Counted from the whole stretch's first letter, positions 1 to 13,144 are shown. The stretch is DNA of 63,653 nt, filler included, from Lama guanicoe (GCA_013239625.1; 178 parts of 178 records of this genome joined end to end with filler, not necessarily neighbours in it), one strand, 5' to 3'. The notes: generated from the sequence alone by a model not told the origin. Program-made: numbers and translations.

Positions 1-258
1 CATACCAGACATGGCCTTGCCTCTAATACCCTTTCCTCCTCTCCCCTCCATTCCTTCTAGACCCACCTTCTCTCTGGAAGCTTTCCTGACCACCCACAGG
101 ATCCCCAGCATTAATCCTTTGCTCCCTGTGCCCTTTCTCCTTTGCTGTATCTCAGTGAAGTCTTTCCTTATCACACTTTATTTTAGTGTTTATCTTTCTT
201 CTCTCCTCCGCTAGAGCACCTTGAAGCCTATACCTGTGTCTTAGTCATCTTTATATCC
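1..258 (+). mobile_element. Degenerate LINE2 3' fragment
   Basis: Resembles the recalled L2 3' region (...ctggaagctttcctgacc...ctagagcaccttgaag...tgtgtcttagtcatctttatatcc). Confidence 0.5.
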
Positions 259-358
259 NNNNNNNNNNNNNNNNNNNNNNNNNNNNNNNNNNNNNNNNNN
301 NNTTAATTAATTAANNNNNNNNNNNNNNNNNNNNNNNNNNNNNNNNNNNNNNNNNNNN

Positions 359-616
359 ATGTCACCAGCCTGACATGTCATCTGAGGTGGAATCTTTTTC
401 CAACCTCCGTGGGTGCTGGCAGAATTCAGTTCCTTGCCATTTGGGTCTGAATGTCCTGTTCTCATGCTGGCTGTAGGTCCCAGGCCACCTTCAGCTCCTG
501 GAGGTCACCCTCAGTTCCTGGGCATGTGGTGCCCACAGGTAGCTGTTGGTTTTTCCTTCCATGCCAGCTGAGTGTACCTCTCTCACTTCTGAGCGATTTC
601 TGGGCTCTGTACCTCT
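359..616 (-). mobile_element. MaLR LTR (MLT1-type) fragment
   Basis: gctggcagaattcagttccttg is the reverse complement of the MLT1 motif CAAGGAACTGAATTCTGCCA. Confidence 0.75.
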
Positions 617-779
617 NNNNNNNNNNNNNNNNNNNNNNNNNNNNNNNNNNNNNNNNNNNNTTAATTAATTAANNNNNNNNNNNNNNNNNNNNNNNNNNNN
701 NNNNNNNNNNNNNNNNTGTCCCTTATCTAGGATTTTTCACCTTCTTTTTAACTGATCTATCTCTAGCCTTTCAGTACAA

Positions 780-920
780 TGGTACCAGAACAATCTTACT
801 GAAATGTAAAATTAATAATGCCAGTTTTCTCTTTCATAACTCTTCAGTGGCACTCCAAGTCCCGAAGAATGAAGCCCATGCCCCGTGGCATGCCATGCAG
901 TATTCCATGATCTGCAACCT
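780..920 (+). mobile_element. Degenerate LINE2 fragment
   Basis: ccagaacaatcttactgaaatgtaaa...ctcttcagtggc resembles L2 consensus. Confidence 0.45.
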
Positions 921-1432
921 GCACATCCAGGAAAAGGCTCAGAATAGACCTGAGGAGACCTAAGTGTGCACCTCNNNNNNNNNNNNNNNNNNNNNNNNNN
1001 NNNNNNNNNNNNNNNNNNTTAATTAATTAANNNNNNNNNNNNNNNNNNNNNNNNNNNNNNNNNNNNNNNNNNNNTAAAAGAAACAATAAAACCATCAAAA
1101 GAGTCAGGATTTCATTTCACAGCTTTGGTGAAACTGAAAGGTAGGGAGACACCAACCTGATTTCCATTTTGGTGCAGATTAATTTCTTCTGTTTTGTTAA
1201 AACTAAAACAGAGCTAAAAGTCTTAAGAATTTGTGAAACTATCCTAAATCTGTGCCTAGCCAATGTGACCTATTTGCAAAGACTTCCAAAAATCAGGAGA
1301 AAAGTTTTTGAAAATCTAAGGATAATTTCTTANNNNNNNNNNNNNNNNNNNNNNNNNNNNNNNNNNNNNNNNNNNNTTAATTAATTAANNNNNNNNNNNN
1401 NNNNNNNNNNNNNNNNNNNNNNNNNNNNNNNN

Positions 1433-1690
1433 GGCTCAAGAACCCCTTCCTCTATCTTCAAGATCAGCAACTTTGTATCTCTTTGTGCATTTTCTCCTTA
1501 GTGACATCTCTTATGCTTCCCTTTTCTACCTTAAAACCCCTTGTGATTATTGGCCCCACTCAGATAATCATACATTATTTTTCTATTTTAAGGTCAGCAG
1601 CTTAGCAACCTTTATTCTATCTGCCATCTTAATTCTCCCTTGCGATGTAAGCAACCTATTTGCAGGTTCCAGGCATTAGGATGTAGACAT
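1433..1690 (-). mobile_element. MaLR LTR (MLT1C/D-like) fragment
   Basis: caggttccaggcattaggatgtagacat is the reverse complement of the MLT1 5' region; ttgtgattattggccccactcagataatc motif also present. Confidence 0.75.
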
Positions 1691-1790
1691 NNNNNNNNNN
1701 NNNNNNNNNNNNNNNNNNNNNNNNNNNNNNNNNNTTAATTAATTAANNNNNNNNNNNNNNNNNNNNNNNNNNNNNNNNNNNNNNNNNNNN

Positions 1791-2048
1791 TGCAAAAGCC
1801 TTTTAGTTTACTATAGCCTCATTTGTTTATTTTTGCTCTTGTTTCCATTGCTTGAGGAGACATCTAAAAAAGTAATATGAAGACCAATATCAAAGAGCAT
1901 ACTGCCTATGTTTTCCTCCAGAAATTATATAGCTTCAGGTCTTAGATTTAAGTATTTAGCCCACTTTGAGTTATTTTTGTGCATGGTGTGAAAGAGTAGT
2001 CTAGTTTGATTCTTTTGCATGTAGCTGTCCAGTTTTCCCAACACCATT
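1791..2048 (-). mobile_element. LINE1 ORF2 fragment
   Basis: Typical antisense L1 text: ctgcctatgttttcctcc...cttttgcatgtagctgtccagttttcccaacaccatt. Confidence 0.93.
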
Positions 2049-2506
2049 NNNNNNNNNNNNNNNNNNNNNNNNNNNNNNNNNNNNNNNNNNNNTTAATTAA
2101 TTAANNNNNNNNNNNNNNNNNNNNNNNNNNNNNNNNNNNNNNNNNNNNATCCATTCAGTGACTCAGTGAGTGTCAACTGTATTCAGCTTGATAAGGTCAG
2201 TACAACACAAAGATTTAGATATTGGGAATATCAAGAAAACCGGAAGAATGAGCTAACCCCATTGCTTATTTTGATAAAGAGGTGGTCAACCTTTTGGAAG
2301 GATTTATCCTGCAAGGAGAGAGTGCTGAGGAGTAAAGCTGTATCACGGCAGGAGAGTGGGAAGTTTGAGGACAGCACTGTTAGACTGTCCCGGCTGGAGT
2401 CCAGGGNNNNNNNNNNNNNNNNNNNNNNNNNNNNNNNNNNNNNNNNNNNNTTAATTAATTAANNNNNNNNNNNNNNNNNNNNNNNNNNNNNNNNNNNNNN
2501 NNNNNN

Positions 2507-2764
2507 AGATGGATGTGCTTAAAACAGTCAAGGTGACGCTGATCAGACCACTGAATGGCCAACGTCAGGATGACTGTCAGAGCCGCATGACTGTCGTGGC
2601 CTCCTCCCTCCCTCTGCCTGTGCGCCCTTGAAGCTCCTCTTTAAAAGCTCTTGCTCCCTAATTGTCACTGGGGGTCGGGGGGCAGCTGGCCTTTGGACAG
2701 GAGCCTGCCCTCCCCGGGTTGCCAGCCTCCAGAGCAGAGCAACCCTTCCCTCCTACCCACACGT
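2507..2764 (+). mobile_element. ERV LTR fragment (U3/R)
   Basis: TATA-like tttaaaagctc followed by gttgccagcctccagagcagagcaacccttcc, which resembles the LTR R region at 23984-24095. Confidence 0.55.
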
Positions 2765-3329
2765 NNNNNNNNNNNNNNNNNNNNNNNNNNNNNNNNNNNN
2801 NNNNNNNNTTAATTAATTAANNNNNNNNNNNNNNNNNNNNNNNNNNNNNNNNNNNNNNNNNNNNCCTTCCTGGCCCTTGGCTGGATGTCTCAACTCTGAG
2901 GAGTCACTCAGTCGTGGGGCACAGCAAGGGGCAGCCCCACTACCTTCTCTATCTCTCCTGGCTGCCTAGATAATCCCGGCTGGTCCATGGGCTTAAATAG
3001 CACCCATGACTCTGACGGGGAGACAGACAGATGGGCAGCTGGAGGGGTGGGCATGGTCATCCAGCCCCCACTTCACCTCTGATTCCCGACACCTCTTTCC
3101 ATCTGTCCAAAGACTTTGCCTCNNNNNNNNNNNNNNNNNNNNNNNNNNNNNNNNNNNNNNNNNNNNTTAATTAATTAANNNNNNNNNNNNNNNNNNNNNN
3201 NNNNNNNNNNNNNNNNNNNNNNCTAAGTGTGGAGGTGCAGAGCTACCAGGGAAAGTTTACTTTTCTTTTGGCTGAAGCCAATTAGCAAACAAAGATGGCC
3301 TGTGTTCTGCTCTTCACCCCAGCAGGCGT

Positions 3330-3373
3330 GCACACACACACACAAGCACACGCACATGCACACACACACACAC
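3330..3373 (+). repeat. Imperfect (CA)n microsatellite within an LTR-like contig
   Basis: cacacacacacacaagcacacgcacatgcacacacacacacac; downstream aataaagtc is LTR-like. Confidence 0.85.
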
Positions 3374-5728
3374 CATCCACTCCCACTCCATCCCCTAGCA
3401 GAATTGAGCTTAGACTCAGTTCTGGTCCCTTTCCTTTATGGTAACTGCTTTGAATAAAGTCTTTTGCCTGTTTCACTTTGNNNNNNNNNNNNNNNNNNNN
3501 NNNNNNNNNNNNNNNNNNNNNNNNTTAATTAATTAANNNNNNNNNNNNNNNNNNNNNNNNNNNNNNNNNNNNNNNNNNNNCCAGCCTGGGAGGAAGTGGC
3601 AAACCTGAAGGGTAGCCACCATTCCCCACTGCCCCACTTCCCACCAAGTTTCAGACAGACTGGGCTCCACATGGCACACCCAAAATTTTGGGGAAACAGC
3701 TGAGACTTCCCAGACCAAGATTCCATGGAAGTTTGATCTGGGAGCACCTGGCAGAGCCTCCTACAGGAGTCCACTCCTGGGAGCCCAGGAGCACCCCTTA
3801 GCCCTGTTGTTGGCCTGGCCCCAAAGCCTCTACCTGATNNNNNNNNNNNNNNNNNNNNNNNNNNNNNNNNNNNNNNNNNNNNTTAATTAATTAANNNNNN
3901 NNNNNNNNNNNNNNNNNNNNNNNNNNNNNNNNNNNNNNCAAATAGCTGGATGGGGACTTTCAATAGAGATGGTTAGAAACAACTCCCTTTGGTCCTTCCT
4001 TGTTCTCTGGCCTCTACCTGCATCACAGATACATGACATCAAATTGTCAGGATGTGTCACATTCCTGATCAGACAGGCCTGGTACTAAGAGGCTATAAAG
4101 TCACAGAAGGCACACCTATGCCTTGAGAAATCAGTCTTCGAATAAAAAGAAACATGCTTTTTCTCTGGAGTGTTGCCTTCCTTTCAAAGAGCAAGTNNNN
4201 NNNNNNNNNNNNNNNNNNNNNNNNNNNNNNNNNNNNNNNNTTAATTAATTAANNNNNNNNNNNNNNNNNNNNNNNNNNNNNNNNNNNNNNNNNNNNTCCT
4301 GGCCCCTAACACACAGGGCAGGAGCCCTGAGCACAGGCCGGAGTGTGGCCGGCTGAGTGGAGAAGGACGGGGTTGTGCAGTTGTTACATTTGCCTGGACT
4401 GTTTAAACTCTACAGCCACCGAGCTGAGGCACATCGGGGGGTCGTCACTCAGCGTCACCCTGCCTCACACCGATTGTTTGGTACAGCTGCGGTGCTCGTG
4501 TGTCATGTCCCGGGCACGGCACACCCCACGGCTTCTCTCCCTGCAGAGCACAGGNNNNNNNNNNNNNNNNNNNNNNNNNNNNNNNNNNNNNNNNNNNNTT
4601 AATTAATTAANNNNNNNNNNNNNNNNNNNNNNNNNNNNNNNNNNNNNNNNNNNNAGCTGAGGAAAGACAAATGAATCCCATCTTCAGAGGAGGGGAAGGT
4701 CTCTGGGAGGACCAGAGAGCAGGCTGAAGGAGCACTGAAATACTCAGTGCTAAGCTATCTTAGATTCTGCATCCTCTCTCCAGCCAACATCATATTATCT
4801 TTAACTCTTGTAAAATTGATTAGACAATTTAATGGGGAGAGGGGGGCATGTGGAAAAGCCTATTAATCTGATGGGCACAAAACAAAACTTGTTGATGCTT
4901 TCCTTTTAACATNNNNNNNNNNNNNNNNNNNNNNNNNNNNNNNNNNNNNNNNNNNNTTAATTAATTAANNNNNNNNNNNNNNNNNNNNNNNNNNNNNNNN
5001 NNNNNNNNNNNNCTGGAACCTGGGATGTCTGTCTCTAATCCAGTGCTTGACAGAGCCCACCATTTCTATATCCATTACTATATATTTGCTCACATCAACT
5101 ATTAAATGGTGTTTAGAAATAAAATGCTCCCAGCACTAACTAAGGCTTCAGTGCCCACAGTCATTCACATTCCTTTCTAAGCCCCTAATTTATCTCACAC
5201 AGTGGCTTGGGCCGGAGGGAGAGTCTGGGTCACTGCTGTTTAGGGCATTGCACACTCCCAGGCCATTGGGNNNNNNNNNNNNNNNNNNNNNNNNNNNNNN
5301 NNNNNNNNNNNNNNTTAATTAATTAANNNNNNNNNNNNNNNNNNNNNNNNNNNNNNNNNNNNNNNNNNNNGCCAGCGGCGCTGCATCCTGTTAATCCAGT
5401 TAGCAGCTGAGATCAGTCAGTGCAGCCAGCCCTCCTGAGGCCCGTGTGTCTCCTGTCCACCTTTGTTCCTGGCACGTAGCTCTCGTGGATCCCAGCTAAG
5501 GCCTTCGCTGACGGGCCGTGAGCTCCAGCTGTCTGACTGCGGTGCCCGTGCGTGGGGGGCACCAGCTGCTGGGCTGCTCTGCATCTCAGTGGTTTCCTCT
5601 GCAGTTACCGGGTGACCCCCGGGGAAGGNNNNNNNNNNNNNNNNNNNNNNNNNNNNNNNNNNNNNNNNNNNNTTAATTAATTAANNNNNNNNNNNNNNNN
5701 NNNNNNNNNNNNNNNNNNNNNNNNNNNN

Positions 5729-5734
5729 AATAAA

Positions 5735-5777
<43 letters not shown>
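5729..5777 (+). repeat. (AAT)n microsatellite
   Basis: Direct read of the aataataat run. Confidence 0.95.
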
Positions 5778-5778
<1 letters not shown>

Positions 5779-5841
5779 TCTAGTTACCCCTCCCCCCAAA
5801 AAAAGAAAAAAGAAAGTAATGAAAGTTTAAAACAAAAAAAG

Positions 5842-5984
5842 ATGTCGAACTCCTAACCCCTGGCTCCTGTGAACATGACGTTATTTGGAAATAGGGTCTT
5901 TGCAGATGGAGTCAAGCTGAAGCCATTAGAATGGCCCCTAACTCCATATGACAGGTGTCCTTATAAGAAGAGGAGCAGAGACAT
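5842..5984 (+). mobile_element. MaLR LTR (MLT1B-like) 5' part
   Basis: cctaacccc...ttatttggaaatagggtctttgcagatg...tgtccttataagaagagg. Confidence 0.85.
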
Positions 5985-8590
5985 NNNNNNNNNNNNNNNN
6001 NNNNNNNNNNNNNNNNNNNNNNNNNNNNTTAATTAATTAANNNNNNNNNNNNNNNNNNNNNNNNNNNNNNNNNNNNNNNNNNNNCCTACTTTGTAAGAGT
6101 ACAGCACCTGACCGTACTGTTGGGGGGGGCACGACCTGCCCACCTAACTTGCTCAAGTGCAGCAATGACCACAGCACTGGGAAGGGGAGTGATCCATCGC
6201 CTACCATACAGGAGCTCAGCTCCTGACTGCAGTGTTGGGAGGGGACATGATTTGCTTGCTGACCGGCACTGGGAGCACCACAAACCAGGGGAATGAACTG
6301 AGGGCCTCAGGAAGCAGCGGGCTATGTCCACGCATCAGGGAGNNNNNNNNNNNNNNNNNNNNNNNNNNNNNNNNNNNNNNNNNNNNTTAATTAATTAANN
6401 NNNNNNNNNNNNNNNNNNNNNNNNNNNNNNNNNNNNNNNNNNAATTTCTCAGAGCTGGAAAGCAGATGTCTAGAAAAGCTGGAAAAGACCAGTTACCAAA
6501 ACAGCTCAAAAGTTAAAGCAGACTGCTGTAACTCCCAGAGTGGAGGGCTGAGGGGACATTGCCCACCACCCTGTCCTCCCCCAGGACGTGGCATGTGGGG
6601 AAACAGGCAGAAGTGGGTGGCTGGGACTCGGAGATGGAGAGGTGATGAAAGCAAGAGTGGAAATGCTCTGGTTCTAGAACAACAGAGCTGTAAAAACCTC
6701 NNNNNNNNNNNNNNNNNNNNNNNNNNNNNNNNNNNNNNNNNNNNTTAATTAATTAANNNNNNNNNNNNNNNNNNNNNNNNNNNNNNNNNNNNNNNNNNNN
6801 ATATTAAAATATTTGCCGAACATGGGATTCAGGGGAAGAAAAACACTTAACTATTCAATATAAGAATTACATTTAAAAATAACAACTATTCACACTAACA
6901 ATGTACTTTAAATGTATAAATGTATATATATATATTTTTTTATCATCTTTAAATATTCATGACATATGAAATACGTTATGTAAACATGCTACACAGTACA
7001 CACAGATACACTGCACATGTCACCTATAGCATCTTTAATTGTAAAGCTTTTTACATATNNNNNNNNNNNNNNNNNNNNNNNNNNNNNNNNNNNNNNNNNN
7101 NNTTAATTAATTAANNNNNNNNNNNNNNNNNNNNNNNNNNNNNNNNNNNNNNNNNNNNCTGTAGAGGGTCCCCTTCAAGTATTCAGCAGAATTCACGTCA
7201 GCTTATGCATGTGGGGAAACTACTGGAGGCTGAATGAAGCTCTTGAGCTGCTCAGAAGGATTAGAAGTAACAGTGTCTGATGTTCATAGCAGGCTGAGAA
7301 TAGTGTCTGTCCCACCAGGCAGACTGAAAAATCTCAAGATTTAAAGGGCATTTGGTAAAGTACAGAAAAGAGTCTTGCCTCAGTAATGTGAAGTAAATAG
7401 TGCTAGACTGAGCCCTNNNNNNNNNNNNNNNNNNNNNNNNNNNNNNNNNNNNNNNNNNNNTTAATTAATTAANNNNNNNNNNNNNNNNNNNNNNNNNNNN
7501 NNNNNNNNNNNNNNNNATGGCATTCCATCTAATGAAAATCATTCCGTGTAGGCTGTGTGGGAGGCGTGGCCATCGATCTTCCGGGCTGCTGGCTTTGAGA
7601 GCACAGCATATTTTAAAAAATGGGACCTATTTGTCAAAGGCAGGACTTCTGTCCACCTTTTCACATCCTCGACTACCCAGCTTGGATGATGGCTGTGAAA
7701 TGAAAATTGAGTGCAATGTATTTTGTTCCATTTCATCATGTCAATTCCCTTTTTCCCAAAACAATCTTTTCCAGNNNNNNNNNNNNNNNNNNNNNNNNNN
7801 NNNNNNNNNNNNNNNNNNTTAATTAATTAANNNNNNNNNNNNNNNNNNNNNNNNNNNNNNNNNNNNNNNNNNNNAGAAAGGTGAGGAAATGCAGACTGCT
7901 CTTGGCTGCAGTGATTTGTTAGCTTTAAAGAACAACATTGAGATGAGGTTCCCCAGGTTTTTCGGACTTTCTGGGTATCATGAGAATAACCAAATTCTGT
8001 ATGGCTCGCGGAGATGACCCCGGGAACTGACTGTCGGAAGCAGAGTAACTCCCTCCCAGAAAGTCAGGCAGGGATGGGCCCTTTGGGGGTGGAGGGGCAA
8101 GTACCAGGTCCTTCCTGGGGGGCGCACGCGCANNNNNNNNNNNNNNNNNNNNNNNNNNNNNNNNNNNNNNNNNNNNTTAATTAATTAANNNNNNNNNNNN
8201 NNNNNNNNNNNNNNNNNNNNNNNNNNNNNNNNGTGAAGGGCTCATGTGTCGCACTTTAAACCCATGAATCTCCCTGTTCACAAGATGACAGCAACTTCCA
8301 GCCTCGAGCCTTCATCCAGCTAGAGATGAACAGCAGTTGGCTTCTAGAAGCTTGATTTTCGTCAAGGTTATCCTCAGAGCTGTTGGCCCCCCAGCTCCAG
8401 CCTCCATCTCTCTACACTCTGCCCAGGGAGATCTGACCTGTGTGGTCCCTCAGTATCAGCTGGGTTTGGTCGCAAGCCCCAGCAAGAGACNNNNNNNNNN
8501 NNNNNNNNNNNNNNNNNNNNNNNNNNNNNNNNNNTTAATTAATTAANNNNNNNNNNNNNNNNNNNNNNNNNNNNNNNNNNNNNNNNNNNN

Positions 8591-8649
8591 TTATGGCTGA
8601 GTAGTATTCTGTTGTATAAATATACCACAGCTTCTTTATTCAGTCATCT
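8591..8649 (-). mobile_element. LINE1 3' fragment interrupted by an LTR
   Basis: ttatggctgagtagtatt...ataccacagcttctttattcagtcatct is antisense L1. Confidence 0.85.
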
Positions 8650-8848
8650 TGTTAGCGTAGGCAGATAGCTAGATATGAGCAGAGTTGGGGACACAGGCCA
8701 AATGGCAGGAAACCATACATTATGTGAACAACAGGAGTCCTTGGGCAGACAGAGTAAAGTAGGAACCTCGGGACTGATAAGAAGTCATACATGTTGGGGT
8801 GACAGGTGTCCTGGAGGCAGGCAAAGAAAGGTGGGAAAAGGCAGGAAT
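8650..8848 (+). mobile_element. ERV1-type LTR 5' end nested in L1
   Basis: Abrupt switch to TGTTAGCGTAGGCAGATAGCTAGATATGAGCAG, with a TG terminus resembling ERV1 LTR starts. Confidence 0.65.
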
Positions 8849-9095
8849 NNNNNNNNNNNNNNNNNNNNNNNNNNNNNNNNNNNNNNNNNNNNTTAATTAA
8901 TTAANNNNNNNNNNNNNNNNNNNNNNNNNNNNNNNNNNNNNNNNNNNNATGTGTTGGCAGAAAATAGATAAAAGCAGGACAGCTGCACCATAGAGCGTGC
9001 GCACCCCCTTATGGCAATAAAATAAAGTGCTGTAAACGCCATGTTCGCTCCGGGTGAAGTCTGTTTTGCGGTATGGCAGCTCCTCGTGCATTTTT

Positions 9096-9175
9096 TCGGT
9101 TGGGCCGCTCACCTCCTTAAATCTCACTTCAGCCTCGGTTGGGCCGCTCACCTCCTTAAATCTCACTTCAGCCTC
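9096..9175 (+). repeat. Perfect 39-bp tandem duplication
   Basis: tcggttgggccgctcacctccttaaatctcacttcagcc at 9096-9134 and 9135-9173. Confidence 0.97.
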
Positions 9176-10380
9176 CCTCAGCTGACAGATGCCTTCCCAG
9201 ATCATTNNNNNNNNNNNNNNNNNNNNNNNNNNNNNNNNNNNNNNNNNNNNTTAATTAATTAANNNNNNNNNNNNNNNNNNNNNNNNNNNNNNNNNNNNNN
9301 NNNNNNTAAGGAGATGGGGAGGTTTGTCCCAGGTCTAGAATTAGTAGCTTTGTTTCTTAGTAATGTTTCCCTTCTCCTCTGGCAAGAACACACTGCCTCT
9401 CATACAATATGGGCGTATGAAATGCACATATCCATATCTCACTCTTCTCCGAGAAAGCCAAAGTCCAGTACAAACAAATATATTTTATGCTTTATTGGTG
9501 CTCTGGTCATATATTTAGAAGGCATCAGGCCTTGGATTTCTTCTAAAGATGTGGACAGAATACCNNNNNNNNNNNNNNNNNNNNNNNNNNNNNNNNNNNN
9601 NNNNNNNNTTAATTAATTAANNNNNNNNNNNNNNNNNNNNNNNNNNNNNNNNNNNNNNNNNNNNCCCCCCTGAATGGAATTCTGACCAGAGCCTTATCAA
9701 ACATTATTAGGAATCCTGGTATACCAGAAGAATCAAATTATTAACCAGCATTTCCCAGCTTCATGTGGAGAGCTGGCCTGGTCTTCAGGTTATCACCTTG
9801 TTTATTACTTCACTAAAATAACCAATAGAGTTATGATTTCTGTTTCCTAATCACCCTGCCCCTCCCCCCAAATTTTGTCTTCACTTCTCCAACCTCTATT
9901 CTATATGTAAGGGAGATGCTCCNNNNNNNNNNNNNNNNNNNNNNNNNNNNNNNNNNNNNNNNNNNNTTAATTAATTAANNNNNNNNNNNNNNNNNNNNNN
10001 NNNNNNNNNNNNNNNNNNNNNNAATCTGGCTCATCATGTGGAGATTTGCTCTTCAGTGAACTGACCTGGAACACAAGGGACTAATGAATCATTTCCTCTT
10101 CCCTCTTCAAGTCTGCTTTTGACATTCATCAGAACTGTGGGTGCCAGGATTGAAATGCTGGGGGGCGGGATCGGGGGAGGGGCTGTGAGATTGGCCCCAG
10201 ATCATTGGAGGAAGCAAACATTTGGGCTCATTGAATTCATTCTTTGACAAGCACCTAGCTATCTAGGGCCAGTTTCTTGTNNNNNNNNNNNNNNNNNNNN
10301 NNNNNNNNNNNNNNNNNNNNNNNNTTAATTAATTAANNNNNNNNNNNNNNNNNNNNNNNNNNNNNNNNNNNNNNNNNNNN

Positions 10381-10600
10381 TCTGTTCATCCCTCCCTCCC
10401 TCCCTCTCCCCAAACCCCTGGAAACCATGGTCTTTTTTGTTGTTTCTGTAGCTGTGCCTTTTCCAGGATGTCATTTGTTTGAAATTGTACAGTTTGTAGC
10501 CTTTTCAGCCTGGCTTCTTTCATTAGTAATATGTCTCTTAAGTTTCTTCCATGTCTTTCATGGCTTGATAGATCTTTTTTTTTTAACTACACACATATTT
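10381..10600 (-). mobile_element. Old LINE1 (L1MC-like) 3' UTR
   Basis: tgccttttccaggatgtcat...tagccttttcagcctggcttctttcattagtaatatg. Confidence 0.8.
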
Positions 10601-10738
10601 TTTAATTTACATATATGTACTGTTCATTGTTTCTAAGANNNNNNNNNNNNNNNNNNNNNNNNNNNNNNNNNNNNNNNNNNNNTTAATTAATTAANNNNNN
10701 NNNNNNNNNNNNNNNNNNNNNNNNNNNNNNNNNNNNNN

Positions 10739-10996
10739 ATTTACAAATGTTTTATCCCATTCTGTGGGTTGTCTTTTTACTTGATAGCATCCTTTGAAAC
10801 AGAAGTTCTAGTTTTGATGAAATCAGGTTTATCTATTTTTTGTTGTTGTTGCTTGTTCTTTCGGTGTCATATGTAAAAACCCATCGCCACATCCAAGGTT
10901 ATGATTTATTCCTGTTTTCTCCTAAGATTTTTATTTTAGTTCTTACCTTTAGTTTTTAAAATCTATTTTAATTTCTTTATGTGGTGTAAGGTGGAG
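10739..10996 (-). mobile_element. Old LINE1 ORF2 fragment
   Basis: tcccattctgtgggttgtctttt...ggtgtcatat...atgtggtgtaagg. Confidence 0.85.
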
Positions 10997-12886
10997 NNNN
11001 NNNNNNNNNNNNNNNNNNNNNNNNNNNNNNNNNNNNNNNNTTAATTAATTAANNNNNNNNNNNNNNNNNNNNNNNNNNNNNNNNNNNNNNNNNNNNAAGG
11101 ACATTGATCAAAACGGGGGCCCCAAAGCTCATGGAACTCAGTCTTAGTCAAGCAAGCAGCCCGTAGCAAATTAATACCACCAGGACGAAGGGAACCCCTG
11201 TAGGCAGCAGAGAGACAGGACATTAGACACATCGAAGGCATGAAAGAAAATGAGTTCTTGTGAGGATGTGGAACCCAGAGGAAAACAACAGTAAAAGGGC
11301 GATGATGAAACGGAACCAGTCCCAAATACCCGCTCATAAGGTCTGCCTTCTCCCNNNNNNNNNNNNNNNNNNNNNNNNNNNNNNNNNNNNNNNNNNNNTT
11401 AATTAATTAANNNNNNNNNNNNNNNNNNNNNNNNNNNNNNNNNNNNNNNNNNNNGATGAACAAAGTGTTTTTTAATATGGGGCGGACAGGAGGGGAAATC
11501 CACGTGGACGGAAGGTGTTTATTCCAACAAGGATGAACTTCTGCCTCTCCCATCATGAGGAGTTAACATCTGGTAAACTTGTTGCTGTTGACAGCTGTGG
11601 GCTCACGCGGCCCTGTTAGGGCTCATCCATGCAGGAGATCCCAGAGCGCCTGCTCTGCTCGCCGGCTGGTTTGAGAGTTCATATGGACACGAAAACCTTG
11701 GTACACGGTCTTNNNNNNNNNNNNNNNNNNNNNNNNNNNNNNNNNNNNNNNNNNNNTTAATTAATTAANNNNNNNNNNNNNNNNNNNNNNNNNNNNNNNN
11801 NNNNNNNNNNNNGAAAAGGAAACCAAGAGAGGTATGGGAGGCCTCCCGCCAAGGCCAAGCCATGGAGCGTGTCAGGATGAGTCCCTGTACCTTCTGCCTC
11901 TCTGTCTAGACCCACCTGGGAGCGGGAGGGCCACTGACCCATGCACACCTGGGGCTGGGCTGCGGCACGCACTGCGAGAAAGCAGCCAGCCACGGAAGAG
12001 GGCATGCCCCATGGGCTGGAGACGTGAACGTGATGCGTCTATGCACCGCTCGCCAGTCTGGGTTGTGAGGNNNNNNNNNNNNNNNNNNNNNNNNNNNNNN
12101 NNNNNNNNNNNNNNTTAATTAATTAANNNNNNNNNNNNNNNNNNNNNNNNNNNNNNNNNNNNNNNNNNNNACTGCTAGCAAATCACATATTAATGTCTAG
12201 TTCTTTCCTCTTCTCTACTAATGCCTAATTAGTGATATATCCTAAAATTTCATCTTATATTTCTGATCTATTTTTACATCTGGTTACCTGTGTATACATT
12301 CTTACTCACATTAACACACATGCACACACACACACACACCCTGAACAAGAAAGAGATACCTAAATGTAATGTGAAGTCTAGAAAACAATGCCAAATATTC
12401 TATTTTGTTGAATTTCTTTATTATTTTTNNNNNNNNNNNNNNNNNNNNNNNNNNNNNNNNNNNNNNNNNNNNTTAATTAATTAANNNNNNNNNNNNNNNN
12501 NNNNNNNNNNNNNNNNNNNNNNNNNNNNGAAGACCCTTCTTGCCAACAGCCTCAGTGTTTATTTACTTCAAGTCCCAGATGAATAACCCAGATCGGTTTT
12601 GCCACCCACGTTATAAATAGCATAGCAAATTCATAAAGAGTCTCTCTTCAAAGAATGACAACGATTCTGAAATATGATTAAATTCAGTGTCCTTGTAAGG
12701 GAGATAGGAAGAGACAGAGCATTTCTTTCATTTCAAGTTCAGGAAAGCAAGGAATACAAAAGTTAAGTGGCTGGTCTCCATTTATTNNNNNNNNNNNNNN
12801 NNNNNNNNNNNNNNNNNNNNNNNNNNNNNNTTAATTAATTAANNNNNNNNNNNNNNNNNNNNNNNNNNNNNNNNNNNNNNNNNNNN

Positions 12887-13144
12887 ATGTCTTGAATTTC
12901 TCCACTTCATCTCCACTGTTGTCACTGTAGTCCAAACCACCACCATCTCTCTTGTACCTTTGCAGAAAGTCCTTAACTTGCCTAACACCTCTTTTTCTTG
13001 TTCTTCCCTGACCCAGTCTCCATTTAGGAGCACCAGAGTGATCTTTTAAAAATGTAAATTGATGCTGTTGCTCACCTGCTTAAAATCTTGTAGTGGCTTT
13101 CCGTCATACTTAGGATAAAATTCAGACTCCTCTTCTTGGCCCCC
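12887..13144 (+). mobile_element. LINE2 3' fragment
   Basis: tagtccaaaccaccaccatctctc...ccagagtgatcttttaaaaatgtaaat...ttaggataaaattcagactcct closely follows the L2 consensus. Confidence 0.85.

Noticed and set aside
11097..11354. Possible ERV leader or internal sequence on the minus strand
   Set aside because: Only a vague resemblance; no primer-binding site or gag frame could be identified.
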